From an uncultured Planctomycetia bacterium (GTDB lineage: Bacteria; Omnitrophota; Gorgyraeia; Gorgyraeales; Gorgyraeaceae), in contig CAYPYS010000003.1 in assembly GCA_964415355.1 (NCBI GenBank), forward strand, positions 4,156 to 68,155: DNA of 64,000 nucleotides, in the 5' to 3' direction. The position numbers were made by a program, and so were the translations under genes. The notes under the pieces were generated by a model, which worked only from the letters and a program-made list of their open reading frames with translations, ran no database searches and was not told the origin of the DNA. Shown here piece after piece: positions 19,651 through 29,201 of this stretch (positions are counted from its first letter, which is position 1; every line of letters starts with the position of its first letter).

Positions 19651-21219
19651 ATGCTGCTGAAATTCTTGCGCAAGAAGAAGAACATGAAGAAAATAATCTG
19701 GGGACTCGCCATATTGATCATACCTGCATTTGTAATATGGGGAGCTGGTTCGTCCGGCAGAAAAAAAGGCAAAGGGCCGAATCATGCCGGGAAAATATAC
19801 AATAAAAAAATATCTTTTGACGAATATCTGAATATGTGGCAAGTTACAAGGGACTACGCCACAAGGACGTTCGGCTATAACATCCCGCCCGAATTTATAG
19901 ACCAGATGACATGGAACCGAATAATACTACTGGAAGAGGCAAGAAGGCAAAAGATCCCTGCCAGGGATTCCGAGGTCGTGGATAAGATCGTCTCATTCCC
20001 TATTTTCCAAAGAGATGGGGCCTTTGACAAAAAACTCTATAAATCAATGCTTGGCACTTCCGCAAAAGCATTTGAAGAAAAATTAAGAGACGACATACGT
20101 ATTAGCAAACTAAGGGAAATAATCATCTCGTCTGTCTCTATAAGCGACGAAGAAGTCAGGGAAGAGTACAAAAAGAAGCACGAAAAAATCAAGGCTTCTT
20201 ATGTCGCCGTGCCGTTTTCTGACTTTGAAAAGGACTCACATTTTGAAGAAGGGGACATTGTCAACCACTACGAAGTAAATAAAGAAAAATTCAGGAAGCC
20301 CGAACAAATAAATGTCAGTTACATAGAGATCCTTATCTCAAGCTTTGATGACCAGGTGTACATAGAAAAAGAATCCGTTAAAAGATATTTCGAAGAGCAT
20401 GTTTCCGAATATAAAAAGCCGGATTCCGAGGAAATCCCTGAGCTAAATGAGGAGATAAAAAAAGACATAACCGAGAAGCTCTCCCTGGAAAGGAAAAAAT
20501 CTCTCGCAGAAGAACTTTCTTACAAGGTGCTGGACGCGGCAATAGACAAGAAGGATCTTGAAAACGCCTCGCGGTCATTTGACCTGGACATAAAAGAGAC
20601 TGGATTTTTTAACATGCAGCAAGAGATTCCGGACGTAGGATGGTCTTACGAATTTGCAAAGAAAGGCTTTGAGCTGAGTGAAGGGGAAATCTCAAACATC
20701 CTTATAAAAACAGCTGAGGGATTTTACATCATAAGATTGAAAGAAAAAAAATCCTCCTATATACCTGATTTTGAAGAGACCAGAGAAATCGTGGCCGAGT
20801 CTTTCACAAAAGACCTGTCGATAAAACTCTCCGGGAAAAAGATAAAAAAAATCTACAGGTCCGTTTCTATCGACAACGAAAACAGACTGGAAGCGATCGC
20901 AGGCAAGACCAAAAAAAAGATTAAAACTACGGATGCCATAACGAGAGACAGTTACATACCCACGTTGGGGCCTGCCCGGGAATTTGTCGACAAATGCGCT
21001 TCTCTAAATATCGGGGACATAGCGCCTCCGATAAAAATGCTTGAGGTGTGGACCATTGCCAGGCTCGATGAATATCAAGGCATAGATGAAAGTAAATTTA
21101 TAGAGGAAGAAATAAATTTTAAAGAATCCCTGCTTTCTAAAAAAAGGGAATCTGAATTTAACAAGTGGTTTGAAGGATTAAAAATAAGGGCTGGTTTTGT
21201 AAATTATATCGCGGAGTAA
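19651..21219 (+). CDS. SurA N-terminal / PpiD-like periplasmic chaperone
   Basis: N-terminal TM (LIIPAFVIWG), FQRDGAFD and a degenerate parvulin region. Confidence 0.8.
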   Translation: MLLKFLRKKKNMKKIIWGLAILIIPAFVIWGAGSSGRKKGKGPNHAGKIYNKKISFDEYLNMWQVTRDYATRTFGYNIPPEFIDQMTWNRIILLEEARRQKIPARDSEVVDKIVSFPIFQRDGAFDKKLYKSMLGTSAKAFEEKLRDDIRISKLREIIISSVSISDEEVREEYKKKHEKIKASYVAVPFSDFEKDSHFEEGDIVNHYEVNKEKFRKPEQINVSYIEILISSFDDQVYIEKESVKRYFEEHVSEYKKPDSEEIPELNEEIKKDITEKLSLERKKSLAEELSYKVLDAAIDKKDLENASRSFDLDIKETGFFNMQQEIPDVGWSYEFAKKGFELSEGEISNILIKTAEGFYIIRLKEKKSSYIPDFEETREIVAESFTKDLSIKLSGKKIKKIYRSVSIDNENRLEAIAGKTKKKIKTTDAITRDSYIPTLGPAREFVDKCASLNIGDIAPPIKMLEVWTIARLDEYQGIDESKFIEEEINFKESLLSKKRESEFNKWFEGLKIRAGFVNYIAE

Positions 21220-21229
21220 CAATGGTAGC

Positions 21230-21266
21230 TAAGTATACAATTCAACAATGTTAAAATGTATACTTA
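21230..21266. repeat. 37-bp palindromic repeat, copy 9 (variant with compensatory changes)
   Basis: taagtatacaattcaacaatgttaaaatgtatactta, between convergent genes; the inverted repeat extends to 21224-21272. Confidence 0.88.
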
Positions 21267-21267
21267 G

Positions 21268-21726
21268 CTACCTGTTCTGGTTCAGAAGAGTCTTTAATTC
21301 TTTCATGAATTGATTTATATCTTTAAACTGCCTGTAAACAGAAGCAAATCTGACATAAGCTACCTCATCCAGATCATACAGAAGCTCCATGATCAATTCA
21401 CCTACCTGGCTCGCGTCTACTTCTTTCTCGAATTTGCTCTGAAGCGTATATTCTATTTTACTCGCAAGCTCTTCAAGCTTTTGCGTACTTATAGGTCTTT
21501 TCTCGCACGCCTTTTTTATTCCGGCCAAGATCTTTTTGCGATCGAATGGTTCCCGCCGGCCATCCTTCTTTATAACCATTAAAGACGCCTCTTCTATATT
21601 TTCATATGTCGTGAAGCGTCTATTGCAATTCAGGCATTCTCTGCGTCTGCGTATCGAGCGACCTTCTTCGGAAGAACGTGAATCGATTACTTTATCTTCG
21701 TCATGACCACAAAATGGACATTTCAT
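21268..21726 (-). CDS. nrdR: Transcriptional repressor NrdR
   Basis: MKCPFC...DSR...RRRREC..C, ATP-cone domain and AYVRFASVY. Confidence 0.97.
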   Translation of the reverse strand: MKCPFCGHDEDKVIDSRSSEEGRSIRRRRECLNCNRRFTTYENIEEASLMVIKKDGRREPFDRKKILAGIKKACEKRPISTQKLEELASKIEYTLQSKFEKEVDASQVGELIMELLYDLDEVAYVRFASVYRQFKDINQFMKELKTLLNQNR

Positions 21727-21838
21727 GTCAGCTCTCCTTTAAATGAGCACATAACTTACGCGACTGTAAGAAGCGTAAGTTATTAAGTGCGAATTTATCC
21801 TGGGAATGCGATCAATAAGAGCATTCTCAGGGTCCCCT

Positions 21839-23071
21839 CTAATAAAGAGGGAATTTTTTTACAAGATCCTTTACGCTGTCAGAGCATTTCTTCAGCGCTA
21901 AATCGTTTCCTTTTTCACTCAGTGCGCTATTTATTATCTCGCCTATCTTTTGCATCTCGGATTCCCTCATGCCTCTCGTCGTAACAGCCGGCGTACCCAG
22001 TCTTATGCCGCTGGTCAATCTTGGGCCCTTCTTATCAAATGGTATAAGGTTCTTATTGACTGTTACATGGACGCTGTCAAGGATATCCGCGGCATCCTTG
22101 CCTGTAATACCCTTAGGACTTAGGTCTATTAATGAAAGGTGATTGTCTGTCCCGTCTGAAACCACTCTGAACCCTGCATTCTTAAGAGAGCCTGCAAGCG
22201 CCTTGGAATTTTTTATTATCTGAGCTTGGTATTCTTTAAAAGCAGGCGAGGCTGCTTCTTTAAGTGCCACTGCCTTAGCCGCTATCACATGCATTAATGG
22301 TCCGCCCTGGATGCCAGGAAAAATCTCCGCGTCTATCTTTTTTGCAAATTCCCTGCGACAGAATATCATGCCACCTCTTGGACCACGCAGTGTCTTATGC
22401 GTGGTGGTGCTTACTACCTCTGCATAAACCATAGGGCTGGGATGAAGCCCTGCTGCGACAAGGCCTGCTATGTGAGCCATGTCCACAAAAAGATACGCAC
22501 CTACGCTATCTGCTATTTCCCTGAACCTCTTAAAATCTATAATGCGAGAATATGCGCACGCCCCTGCGAGAATCATTTTGGGCTTATGCTTTTTGGCCAG
22601 CGCCGATATCTCGCCGTAATCAAGTTTTTCGTCATTTCTGCTAACGCCGTACGGCACTACATTAAAGAATCTTCCTGAAAAATTATGGACGTGGCCGTGC
22701 GAAAGGTGTCCGCCGCACGCAAGGTCCATTGCCAGAACAGTATCGCCTGGCTTGAGCAGGGCAAAATACACAGCCATATTCGCCTGCGTGCCTGAATGCG
22801 GCTGCACGTTCGCATGCTCTGCTCCAAAAAGCTTCTTTGCCCTCTCGACTGCAAGGCGCTCTGCCTCGTCTACATATTCGCATCCGCCATACCATCGTTT
22901 TGCCGGGTATCCTTCGGCATACTTATTGGTAAGCACAGAACCCTGCGCCTCAAGGACAGCATTCGACGCAAAGTTCTCGCTCGCTATAAGCTCAATGTTA
23001 TTCTCCTGCCTCTTTAATTCTTCTTGTATTACTTTATAGATCTCTGAATCAACTTTTTTTAATGAACTCAT
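21839..23071 (-). CDS. glyA: Serine hydroxymethyltransferase
   Basis: [14 protein letters not shown] and [13 protein letters not shown] motifs. Start reset to the ATG at 23071. Confidence 0.97.
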   Translation of the reverse strand: MSSLKKVDSEIYKVIQEELKRQENNIELIASENFASNAVLEAQGSVLTNKYAEGYPAKRWYGGCEYVDEAERLAVERAKKLFGAEHANVQPHSGTQANMAVYFALLKPGDTVLAMDLACGGHLSHGHVHNFSGRFFNVVPYGVSRNDEKLDYGEISALAKKHKPKMILAGACAYSRIIDFKRFREIADSVGAYLFVDMAHIAGLVAAGLHPSPMVYAEVVSTTTHKTLRGPRGGMIFCRREFAKKIDAEIFPGIQGGPLMHVIAAKAVALKEAASPAFKEYQAQIIKNSKALAGSLKNAGFRVVSDGTDNHLSLIDLSPKGITGKDAADILDSVHVTVNKNLIPFDKKGPRLTSGIRLGTPAVTTRGMRESEMQKIGEIINSALSEKGNDLALKKCSDSVKDLVKKFPLY

Positions 23072-23088
23072 CTCCCTCTCCTTAACCC

Positions 23089-23125
23089 TAACTTTACATT
23101 TCAACAACGTTAAAATGTAAAGTTA
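23089..23125. repeat. 37-bp palindromic repeat, copy 10
   Basis: Its terminal tta is the rpiB stop. Confidence 0.95.
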
Positions 23126-23566
23126 GCGCATCTTGTCTATCTTTTTTATCTGACTGACCCTTCTCCCGTGCCTACTGCCTAATGCGCGGGTCGAAAGCCA
23201 GACATCTGTAATCTGTTTTGCCTTGGCGTCTGACACGATTTTTGCCGCTAAAACTAAAATATTGGTATCGTTATGCTGCCTGCTTGAACGTGCTATGTCA
23301 ATTCTATCGCAGAGCGCTGCGCGCACGCCTTTAGCTTTATTTGCGACCACTGACATGCCAACGCCTGTTTTGCATATAAGTATCCCGCGCGCGAATTTCT
23401 TTCTTCCTACGGCCTTGCTGACATTGTAACCAATGACAGGGTAATCGCAGCTCTCTTCGGAAAATGTACCAAAATCCTTAACCCTATGTCCCTTTTTTCT
23501 CAAAAAGTCCGCTAGACGTTCTTTTAGCTTATATCCTCCGTGATCTGCTCCTATCGCAATTCTCAT
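23123..23566 (-). CDS. rpiB: Ribose 5-phosphate isomerase B
   Basis: GADHGG, DYP, CKTGVGM and HND motifs. Confidence 0.93.
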   Translation of the reverse strand: MRIAIGADHGGYKLKERLADFLRKKGHRVKDFGTFSEESCDYPVIGYNVSKAVGRKKFARGILICKTGVGMSVVANKAKGVRAALCDRIDIARSSRQHNDTNILVLAAKIVSDAKAKQITDVWLSTRALGSRHGRRVSQIKKIDKMR

Positions 23567-23581
23567 TTCTTGTCTCCTTGG

Positions 23582-24628
23582 TTATTTATATCTTTTGAAG
23601 AGCCCTAAAAATACATCCCCTATTTGATCTTTTATTATACCCAAAACTCTTCGATATTCTTCAATAGACTTCCCGATTGGATCGGGAATGTCCTGCTTTT
23701 CTTTTAAAAGCCTGACTTTGGATTCCGCCGCCGGCCACATGTTTAAGATAATATCTCTTTGCGAGCGCTCCATTACGTAAATAACATCTGACTTCTGCAA
23801 TAGGGGCATAGTAACAGACTTTCCTCTATGCATTGATACGTCCACTCCTTCTTCCTGCATGACCTGTATAGTGTTAGGCGCTGCAGGGATGTTCAGATAA
23901 GAAAGCGTGCCTGCAGAATCTACTTTGACTTTTTCTGAAAGCCCTGCTTCTTTTAAAAGTTTCTCCAGAATCCCTTCCGACATAACACTTCTGCAGCTAT
24001 TTCCAGTACATACAAAAAGCACATAGTGATCAACCAGAAGGTCCTCTTTTGGTATCGCACCTTCTCTCACTACCTTAAATGGATCTACGCTGACGTCCAG
24101 TATGGTGGATTCCGTTCCTATCTCCGCACGGCCTCCATCTAATATTATATCAACAGATCCTTTCATGTCAGAAATGGCCTCTTCTGCTGAAACCGGAGGC
24201 TTCCTGCCCGAAATATTCGCGCTTGGAGCGACTACCGGATCGACTGTTTCATTTATAAGTGCCAGGGCGACCTCATTTCTGGGCATACGGATACCTATTT
24301 TCTTTTTCTCTTTATTTTCTGCCAAGATCGTCAATGGACCAGGCCAAAACTTATGCACTATCTTTAAGGCCCTGTCGTTTAAATCAACTCCTAATTCTTT
24401 CAGTGTCTCAAACCTCGCGATGTGAAACGTAAAAGGTTTGTTTTTTGGCCTCTTTTTTATCTTATACAGTTTATCTATAGTCTTTTTATTCAAAGCATTC
24501 GCACCAATGCCATAAACGGTCTCTGTGGGAAAAACAACAAGGCCGCCTTTTCGCAAGACATCAGCCGCCTCTTTTATTAATCCCTCCTCTTTAGCATTGG
24601 GGCTTATCTTTATAATCCTAGTCTGCAT
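23582..24628 (-). CDS. Threonylcarbamoyl-AMP synthase (TsaC/Sua5) fused to a low-molecular-weight protein Tyr/Arg phosphatase
   Basis: PTETVYG, KxR and SANISG motifs, then FVCTGNSCRS and DPIG. Confidence 0.88.
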   Translation of the reverse strand: MQTRIIKISPNAKEEGLIKEAADVLRKGGLVVFPTETVYGIGANALNKKTIDKLYKIKKRPKNKPFTFHIARFETLKELGVDLNDRALKIVHKFWPGPLTILAENKEKKKIGIRMPRNEVALALINETVDPVVAPSANISGRKPPVSAEEAISDMKGSVDIILDGGRAEIGTESTILDVSVDPFKVVREGAIPKEDLLVDHYVLFVCTGNSCRSVMSEGILEKLLKEAGLSEKVKVDSAGTLSYLNIPAAPNTIQVMQEEGVDVSMHRGKSVTMPLLQKSDVIYVMERSQRDIILNMWPAAESKVRLLKEKQDIPDPIGKSIEEYRRVLGIIKDQIGDVFLGLFKRYK

Positions 24629-24632
24629 AATT

Positions 24633-25052
24633 TTATAATAAATCCAATATCCTTTTCGCGAAGATCGCCGCATTCTTAGCGCCTGATTTTCCTATGGCCA
24701 TACTGGCAACAGGGACACCTGCCGGCATCTGCACCGTCGACAAAAGCGAATCCAGGCCTTTTAATGCCTTTGTATGCATTGGAACGCCTATAACAGGTAA
24801 TTCCGTATACGCGCTAACTACCCCTGCCAGGGCCGCGGACATACCTGCTCCGCATATTAAAACCTTAATCCCTTTTTTCTTGGCAGACCTTGCATATTTT
24901 CGCACGGCATCCGGCGTCCTATGAGCTGAAAGCACATTCAGTTCATAAGGCACCTTGAAATCCTTGAGTATCTTTTCTGTCTCATGTATGGTTTCCGTGT
25001 CAGATTTACTCCCTATCAGTATACCAACCAGGGGTTTCTTTTTAGCTACCAT
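24633..25052 (-). CDS. purE: N5-CAIR mutase
   Basis: GSKSD, SAHRTP and QMPAGVPVA motifs. Confidence 0.95.
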   Translation of the reverse strand: MVAKKKPLVGILIGSKSDTETIHETEKILKDFKVPYELNVLSAHRTPDAVRKYARSAKKKGIKVLICGAGMSAALAGVVSAYTELPVIGVPMHTKALKGLDSLLSTVQMPAGVPVASMAIGKSGAKNAAIFAKRILDLL

Positions 25053-25068
25053 CTTCTCCTCCATTTCC

Positions 25069-25105
25069 TAACTTTACACTTTAACGTTGTTGAAATGTAA
25101 ACTTA
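25069..25105. repeat. 37-bp palindromic repeat, copy 11 (reverse)
   Basis: Its terminal tta is the purD stop. Confidence 0.95.
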
Positions 25106-27397
25106 GTGTCTGTTAATGGCCTTGTCTCCTATGTCGCTCCTGTATTGCATGCCTTCGAAATCGATTTTCTTTACTGCGTTGTATGCATTTTTTTTAGCGG
25201 ATTTGATGTCATCCCCCATGGCCGTCACGCCCAATACCCTACCGCCACTTGTAAATATTTTTCCATCTTCAAGGATGGTGCCTGCATGAAACACCTCGGC
25301 GTCTTTTAATTTCTTAGCTTCTCCCAGTCCTCGTATTTCTTTATGCTTTTCGTAAAAGCCGGGATATCCTTTAGACGCACAGACAATGCACAAACACGGC
25401 CTGTCATCCCATTTAAGATCCGCTTTATCGAGATTACCGTCTATGCACGCTGTTATCGCATCCACCAGGTCTGATTTTAATCTAGGCAAAATAGCCTGGG
25501 TTTCAGGATCTCCGAATCTTACGTTAAACTCTAAGACCATCGGACCCTTTTTAGTGATCATAATGCCGCCGTATAATACGCCTCTATAGAATTTACCTTC
25601 TTTTGAAAATCCGTAAATAATGGGCCTAAAAACCTTCTCGATGATCTCATCGAATATTTTTCCTGACACGACAGGCGCCGGTGAATAAGCACCCATGCCG
25701 CCCGTATTGCCCGAAACCACTACTCTATTATTTCTCCTTATTACTACGAATCCTGTTGATACTGTAACACATCCTATATTCCCTTTGTAATCAACTAATT
25801 CTATATTGTATTTTCTAATAGATGTCTTATTCTTTTTTTTCATCTCTATTGAATAAACAGGCCTTGCTTTATATTTCTTTTTGTTCAAAGGATTAATCAT
25901 TGTTTTTCTTTTATCGACAGTTATTATTCCAGAACAGCCTAGCTTAACTATCATCTCTTGTATATCGTCGATTAACCTTCGAGAACCACTACAGAATCTC
26001 ATCTTACCCCGATGTATATCTCCATCTCCGAAATTAAAAGCTTTGAGAAATTCTAATAATACTTCTTTTCTTGACTGTTTTATATAATTTGGGATGTATT
26101 TTGAATAAGAAATCCCAAATCTTGATAAATATATAGCCAATTGTGTCGAGTTTATTCTAAATTTATGACTCTTCTCTTCATAAATAAATCTAAAAGGGAG
26201 CTTACTAATAATCTTTTTAATATTATTAAAATTTTTTGATTTTCTCATCTGCGAGATATAAACCCTTTTAGAGCCTTCACCTTTTGTAACATAGCCCTCT
26301 GATAAATAAATAGCGAGAAATTTAGCCCAATTGATAAAATTAATTTTTAATTTCTTAAATTTACGATTAAACTTATAATCATATTCTGGCAAAATAAAAT
26401 ATCTAGGATTTCTCCCTGTCCACGAGCCTGACTGATAGATATAATTTTCTCCCTTGTAATCCCTTGCTTCTACTACATACAATCTCTCTTTTCCTCTCCT
26501 TTGCTGAACTAACATTCTATGATTAGGCGTTACAGTTAAATCTATATTTCTATTTCTGAAATTGATCATATTACCTTTATATCTCATCCAATATTTTTTT
26601 AACGGCTTTTCAAAGAAAATTTTTCTAGAATACGGATCGAATACTGCCACTTCAACTTCTCTCTCTAATTTATTAAACCGCTTCCATCCATTATTGGTTA
26701 ATATTTCAGTATCTTCAGAATAACAATTAGGTCCCTTGTCGCCATCAAAAATCCTCTTGTGGTCCTGCGAAGACACAAGAGGCACTATGTTTCTTCCGTC
26801 GCTAAAAACCAATATAGACGCCTCTTCTCCGTCAAGACACTCCTCTATAATAATCCTCTCCCCTGAAGAGCCAAAGATCTTCTTGACCAGCATAGAGTCT
26901 ATTGCCTCTTCTGCCTCTTCAATGGTTTTTGCCACTATAACGCCCTTGCCAGCTGCAAGCCCATCCGCCTTCACGACTACAGGCGCGCATTTTTCTTTTA
27001 AATATTTTTTTGCATCCTTGGCATCGCTGAAGACCCTGAAATCTGCCGTAGGCACGTTAAACCTCTTCATGGTCTCTTTTGCAAAAATCTTACTCCCCTC
27101 AAGCATTGCAAGTTCTTTAGAAGGTCCAAATACCTTCAGGCCTTCTCTTGAAAATATATCTACTACGCCCTTCACCAGCGGCACCTCAGGCCCTACTAAA
27201 GTCAGGTCAACTTTATTCTGTTTTGCAAAATTCAAGAGGCCATCGATATCGTCTGCTTTTATCGGGACTACCTCTGCGATTTGTTTCATGCCGCCATTTC
27301 CAGGCGCGCAGAATATTTTATCGACCTTCCTGCTCTGCGCAATTTTCCAGACCAGGGCATGCTCTCTGCCGCCCGAGCCGATTACTAAAACTTTCAT
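25103..27397 (-). CDS. purD: Phosphoribosylamine--glycine ligase containing an intein
   Basis: GSGGREHAL, KADGLAAGKGV, QDHKR..DGDKGPN / TGGMGAYSP and EFNVRFGDPE motifs; 340 extra residues sit between GPN and TGG. Confidence 0.96.
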   Translation of the reverse strand: MKVLVIGSGGREHALVWKIAQSRKVDKIFCAPGNGGMKQIAEVVPIKADDIDGLLNFAKQNKVDLTLVGPEVPLVKGVVDIFSREGLKVFGPSKELAMLEGSKIFAKETMKRFNVPTADFRVFSDAKDAKKYLKEKCAPVVVKADGLAAGKGVIVAKTIEEAEEAIDSMLVKKIFGSSGERIIIEECLDGEEASILVFSDGRNIVPLVSSQDHKRIFDGDKGPNCYSEDTEILTNNGWKRFNKLEREVEVAVFDPYSRKIFFEKPLKKYWMRYKGNMINFRNRNIDLTVTPNHRMLVQQRRGKERLYVVEARDYKGENYIYQSGSWTGRNPRYFILPEYDYKFNRKFKKLKINFINWAKFLAIYLSEGYVTKGEGSKRVYISQMRKSKNFNNIKKIISKLPFRFIYEEKSHKFRINSTQLAIYLSRFGISYSKYIPNYIKQSRKEVLLEFLKAFNFGDGDIHRGKMRFCSGSRRLIDDIQEMIVKLGCSGIITVDKRKTMINPLNKKKYKARPVYSIEMKKKNKTSIRKYNIELVDYKGNIGCVTVSTGFVVIRRNNRVVVSGNTGGMGAYSPAPVVSGKIFDEIIEKVFRPIIYGFSKEGKFYRGVLYGGIMITKKGPMVLEFNVRFGDPETQAILPRLKSDLVDAITACIDGNLDKADLKWDDRPCLCIVCASKGYPGFYEKHKEIRGLGEAKKLKDAEVFHAGTILEDGKIFTSGGRVLGVTAMGDDIKSAKKNAYNAVKKIDFEGMQYRSDIGDKAINRH
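25706..26725 (-). mobile_element. Intein (340 aa) with a LAGLIDADG-type homing endonuclease
   Basis: Begins CYSEDTEILT, has block B TPNH, LAGLIDADG-like motifs FLAIYLSEG and FLKAFNFGDG, and ends VVSGN followed by +1 Thr. Visibly AT-rich. Confidence 0.92.
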
Positions 27398-28383
27398 ATT
27401 ACGACCTCATCTTTTCCCTTAATAACAGTCCCTATTGTCCAGGATTTTAACCCTGATTTTTTTATGATACCATGCGCCTTATTGACATCGCGCTTATCCA
27501 CAACTGCGACCATGCCGATTCCCATATTGAATGTACGATACATTTTTTTATCATCGAGATTTGCCTTTTTTTGGATTGTTTTAAAAATACCCGGAACAGG
27601 CCAGGCACCTTTATATATCAATGCGGATTTTCCCTGCGGCAGGACGCGCGGTATATTGTCATAAAATCCCCCGCCTGTTACATGCGCCATTGACTTTACA
27701 TTGATTTTCTGTATCAATTTTAAAACAGGCTTGACATAGACTATCGTAGGCGTCAAAACGCTTTTACCTACCTTGTCCTTTAGCTCGCTCTTGCTAAAAA
27801 TCTTTCTTATAAGGCTAAAACCATTCGAATGAGCGCCGCTAGACTCTATGCCTATGATCTTATCGCCTACTTTTACGCTACGCCCGTCTATGATCCTGCT
27901 TCTCTCGACTACTCCTACGCAAAAACCAGCGAGGTCATATTGTCCGCCCTTGTACATACCCGGCATCTCTGCTGTCTCCCCTCCGACAAGCGCGCAACCA
28001 GCCTGCTTGCAACCATGGACAATGCCTTTAATAACATCCTTTGCCTTTTTATTATTCAATCTTCCCGTAGCAAAATAATCTAAAAAGAAAAGAGGCTCTG
28101 CGCCCGTCACTATGAGATCATTTACGCACATCGCGACAAGGTCAATGCCAACAGTTGTGTGTTTCCCCAAATAATCAGCGATCATGAGTTTTGTGCCTAC
28201 GCCATCCGTAGAAGAAACTAATACAGGATTTCTGTATTTTTTGGGGATCTTTACAAAGCTACTGAATCCTCCGATATTTCCCATGACCTCTGGCCGCCTA
28301 GTCCCGGAAACAAGCTTGGTTATATCTTTGACAAATCTATTCGATCTATCTATGTCTACCCCAGCCTTTTTGTAATCTATCAT
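27394..28383 (-). CDS. purM: Phosphoribosylformylglycinamidine cyclo-ligase
   Basis: YKKAGVD, DGVGTK, GGETAEMP and TFNMGIG motifs; start at the ATG at 28383. Confidence 0.96.
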   Translation of the reverse strand: MIDYKKAGVDIDRSNRFVKDITKLVSGTRRPEVMGNIGGFSSFVKIPKKYRNPVLVSSTDGVGTKLMIADYLGKHTTVGIDLVAMCVNDLIVTGAEPLFFLDYFATGRLNNKKAKDVIKGIVHGCKQAGCALVGGETAEMPGMYKGGQYDLAGFCVGVVERSRIIDGRSVKVGDKIIGIESSGAHSNGFSLIRKIFSKSELKDKVGKSVLTPTIVYVKPVLKLIQKINVKSMAHVTGGGFYDNIPRVLPQGKSALIYKGAWPVPGIFKTIQKKANLDDKKMYRTFNMGIGMVAVVDKRDVNKAHGIIKKSGLKSWTIGTVIKGKDEVVI

Positions 28384-29156
28384 CACATGCTCCTTACGTA
28401 TTTTACGGCGTTCTTGAAGATCGCGAGGCCGTCGCCGAATCTCTGTAATCCCTCGCGCGTCCATCGAGGATGTTGCGTGCCCACCACATGTCTTTCCGGA
28501 TGAGGCATCATACCCAAGACCCTGCCTGTCGGGTCACATATGCCGGCGATACTCTCGATAGAGCCGTTAGGATTAGAAGGATAACCGGCTATTTTACCTT
28601 TTTCGTCGACATACTGAAACACGATTTGTTTGTTTTTCTTTAAAGAACGCAATACGTCTTTGTCTTTAGGAATAAACTTGCCTTCTCCATGTGCAACAGG
28701 CAGATAAATATTTTTTTTGATCCCTTTTGTCCAAACGCATTTTGCTGTCCTCAAATATGTCCATCGGTCTTCGAACTTACCTGAGTCATTGAAACTTAAA
28801 GAAGCATCCAAGTCATTATATCTCAAACCAGGCAAAATACCGGCTTTTACCAGCACCTGAAAACCATTACATATCCCTATTATGAGTTTTTTCGCCTCTA
28901 TGAAATGCCTGAGCTCTTCTTTGAGCGAGTATTTTATTTCGTTCGCAAGGATTTTTCCCGAAGCAATGTCATCTCCGTATGTAAAACCTCCCGGGATCGC
29001 TAAAATCCTGTAATCCTCCAGGTGTTTTTCGCGCCTGGCAAGCTCATTTATATGCACCAGTTCACACAGAGCACCACACATACTGAATGCAAACGCAGTC
29101 TCTACGTCGCAATTTGTCCCCGCTGTCCTTAAAACTATAACTTTCGGATTTTTCAT
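28383..29156 (-). CDS. purQ: FGAM synthase glutaminase subunit
   Basis: GTNCD, GICNGFQ and MMPHPER motifs. Confidence 0.95.
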   Translation of the reverse strand: MKNPKVIVLRTAGTNCDVETAFAFSMCGALCELVHINELARREKHLEDYRILAIPGGFTYGDDIASGKILANEIKYSLKEELRHFIEAKKLIIGICNGFQVLVKAGILPGLRYNDLDASLSFNDSGKFEDRWTYLRTAKCVWTKGIKKNIYLPVAHGEGKFIPKDKDVLRSLKKNKQIVFQYVDEKGKIAGYPSNPNGSIESIAGICDPTGRVLGMMPHPERHVVGTQHPRWTREGLQRFGDGLAIFKNAVKYVRSM

Positions 29157-29164
29157 ATATCGCC

Positions 29165-29201
29165 TAAGTTTACATTTTAACGTTGTTGAAATGTAAAGTT
29201 A
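29165..29201. repeat. 37-bp palindromic repeat, copy 12 (reverse)
   Basis: Its terminal tta is the purL stop. Confidence 0.93.
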
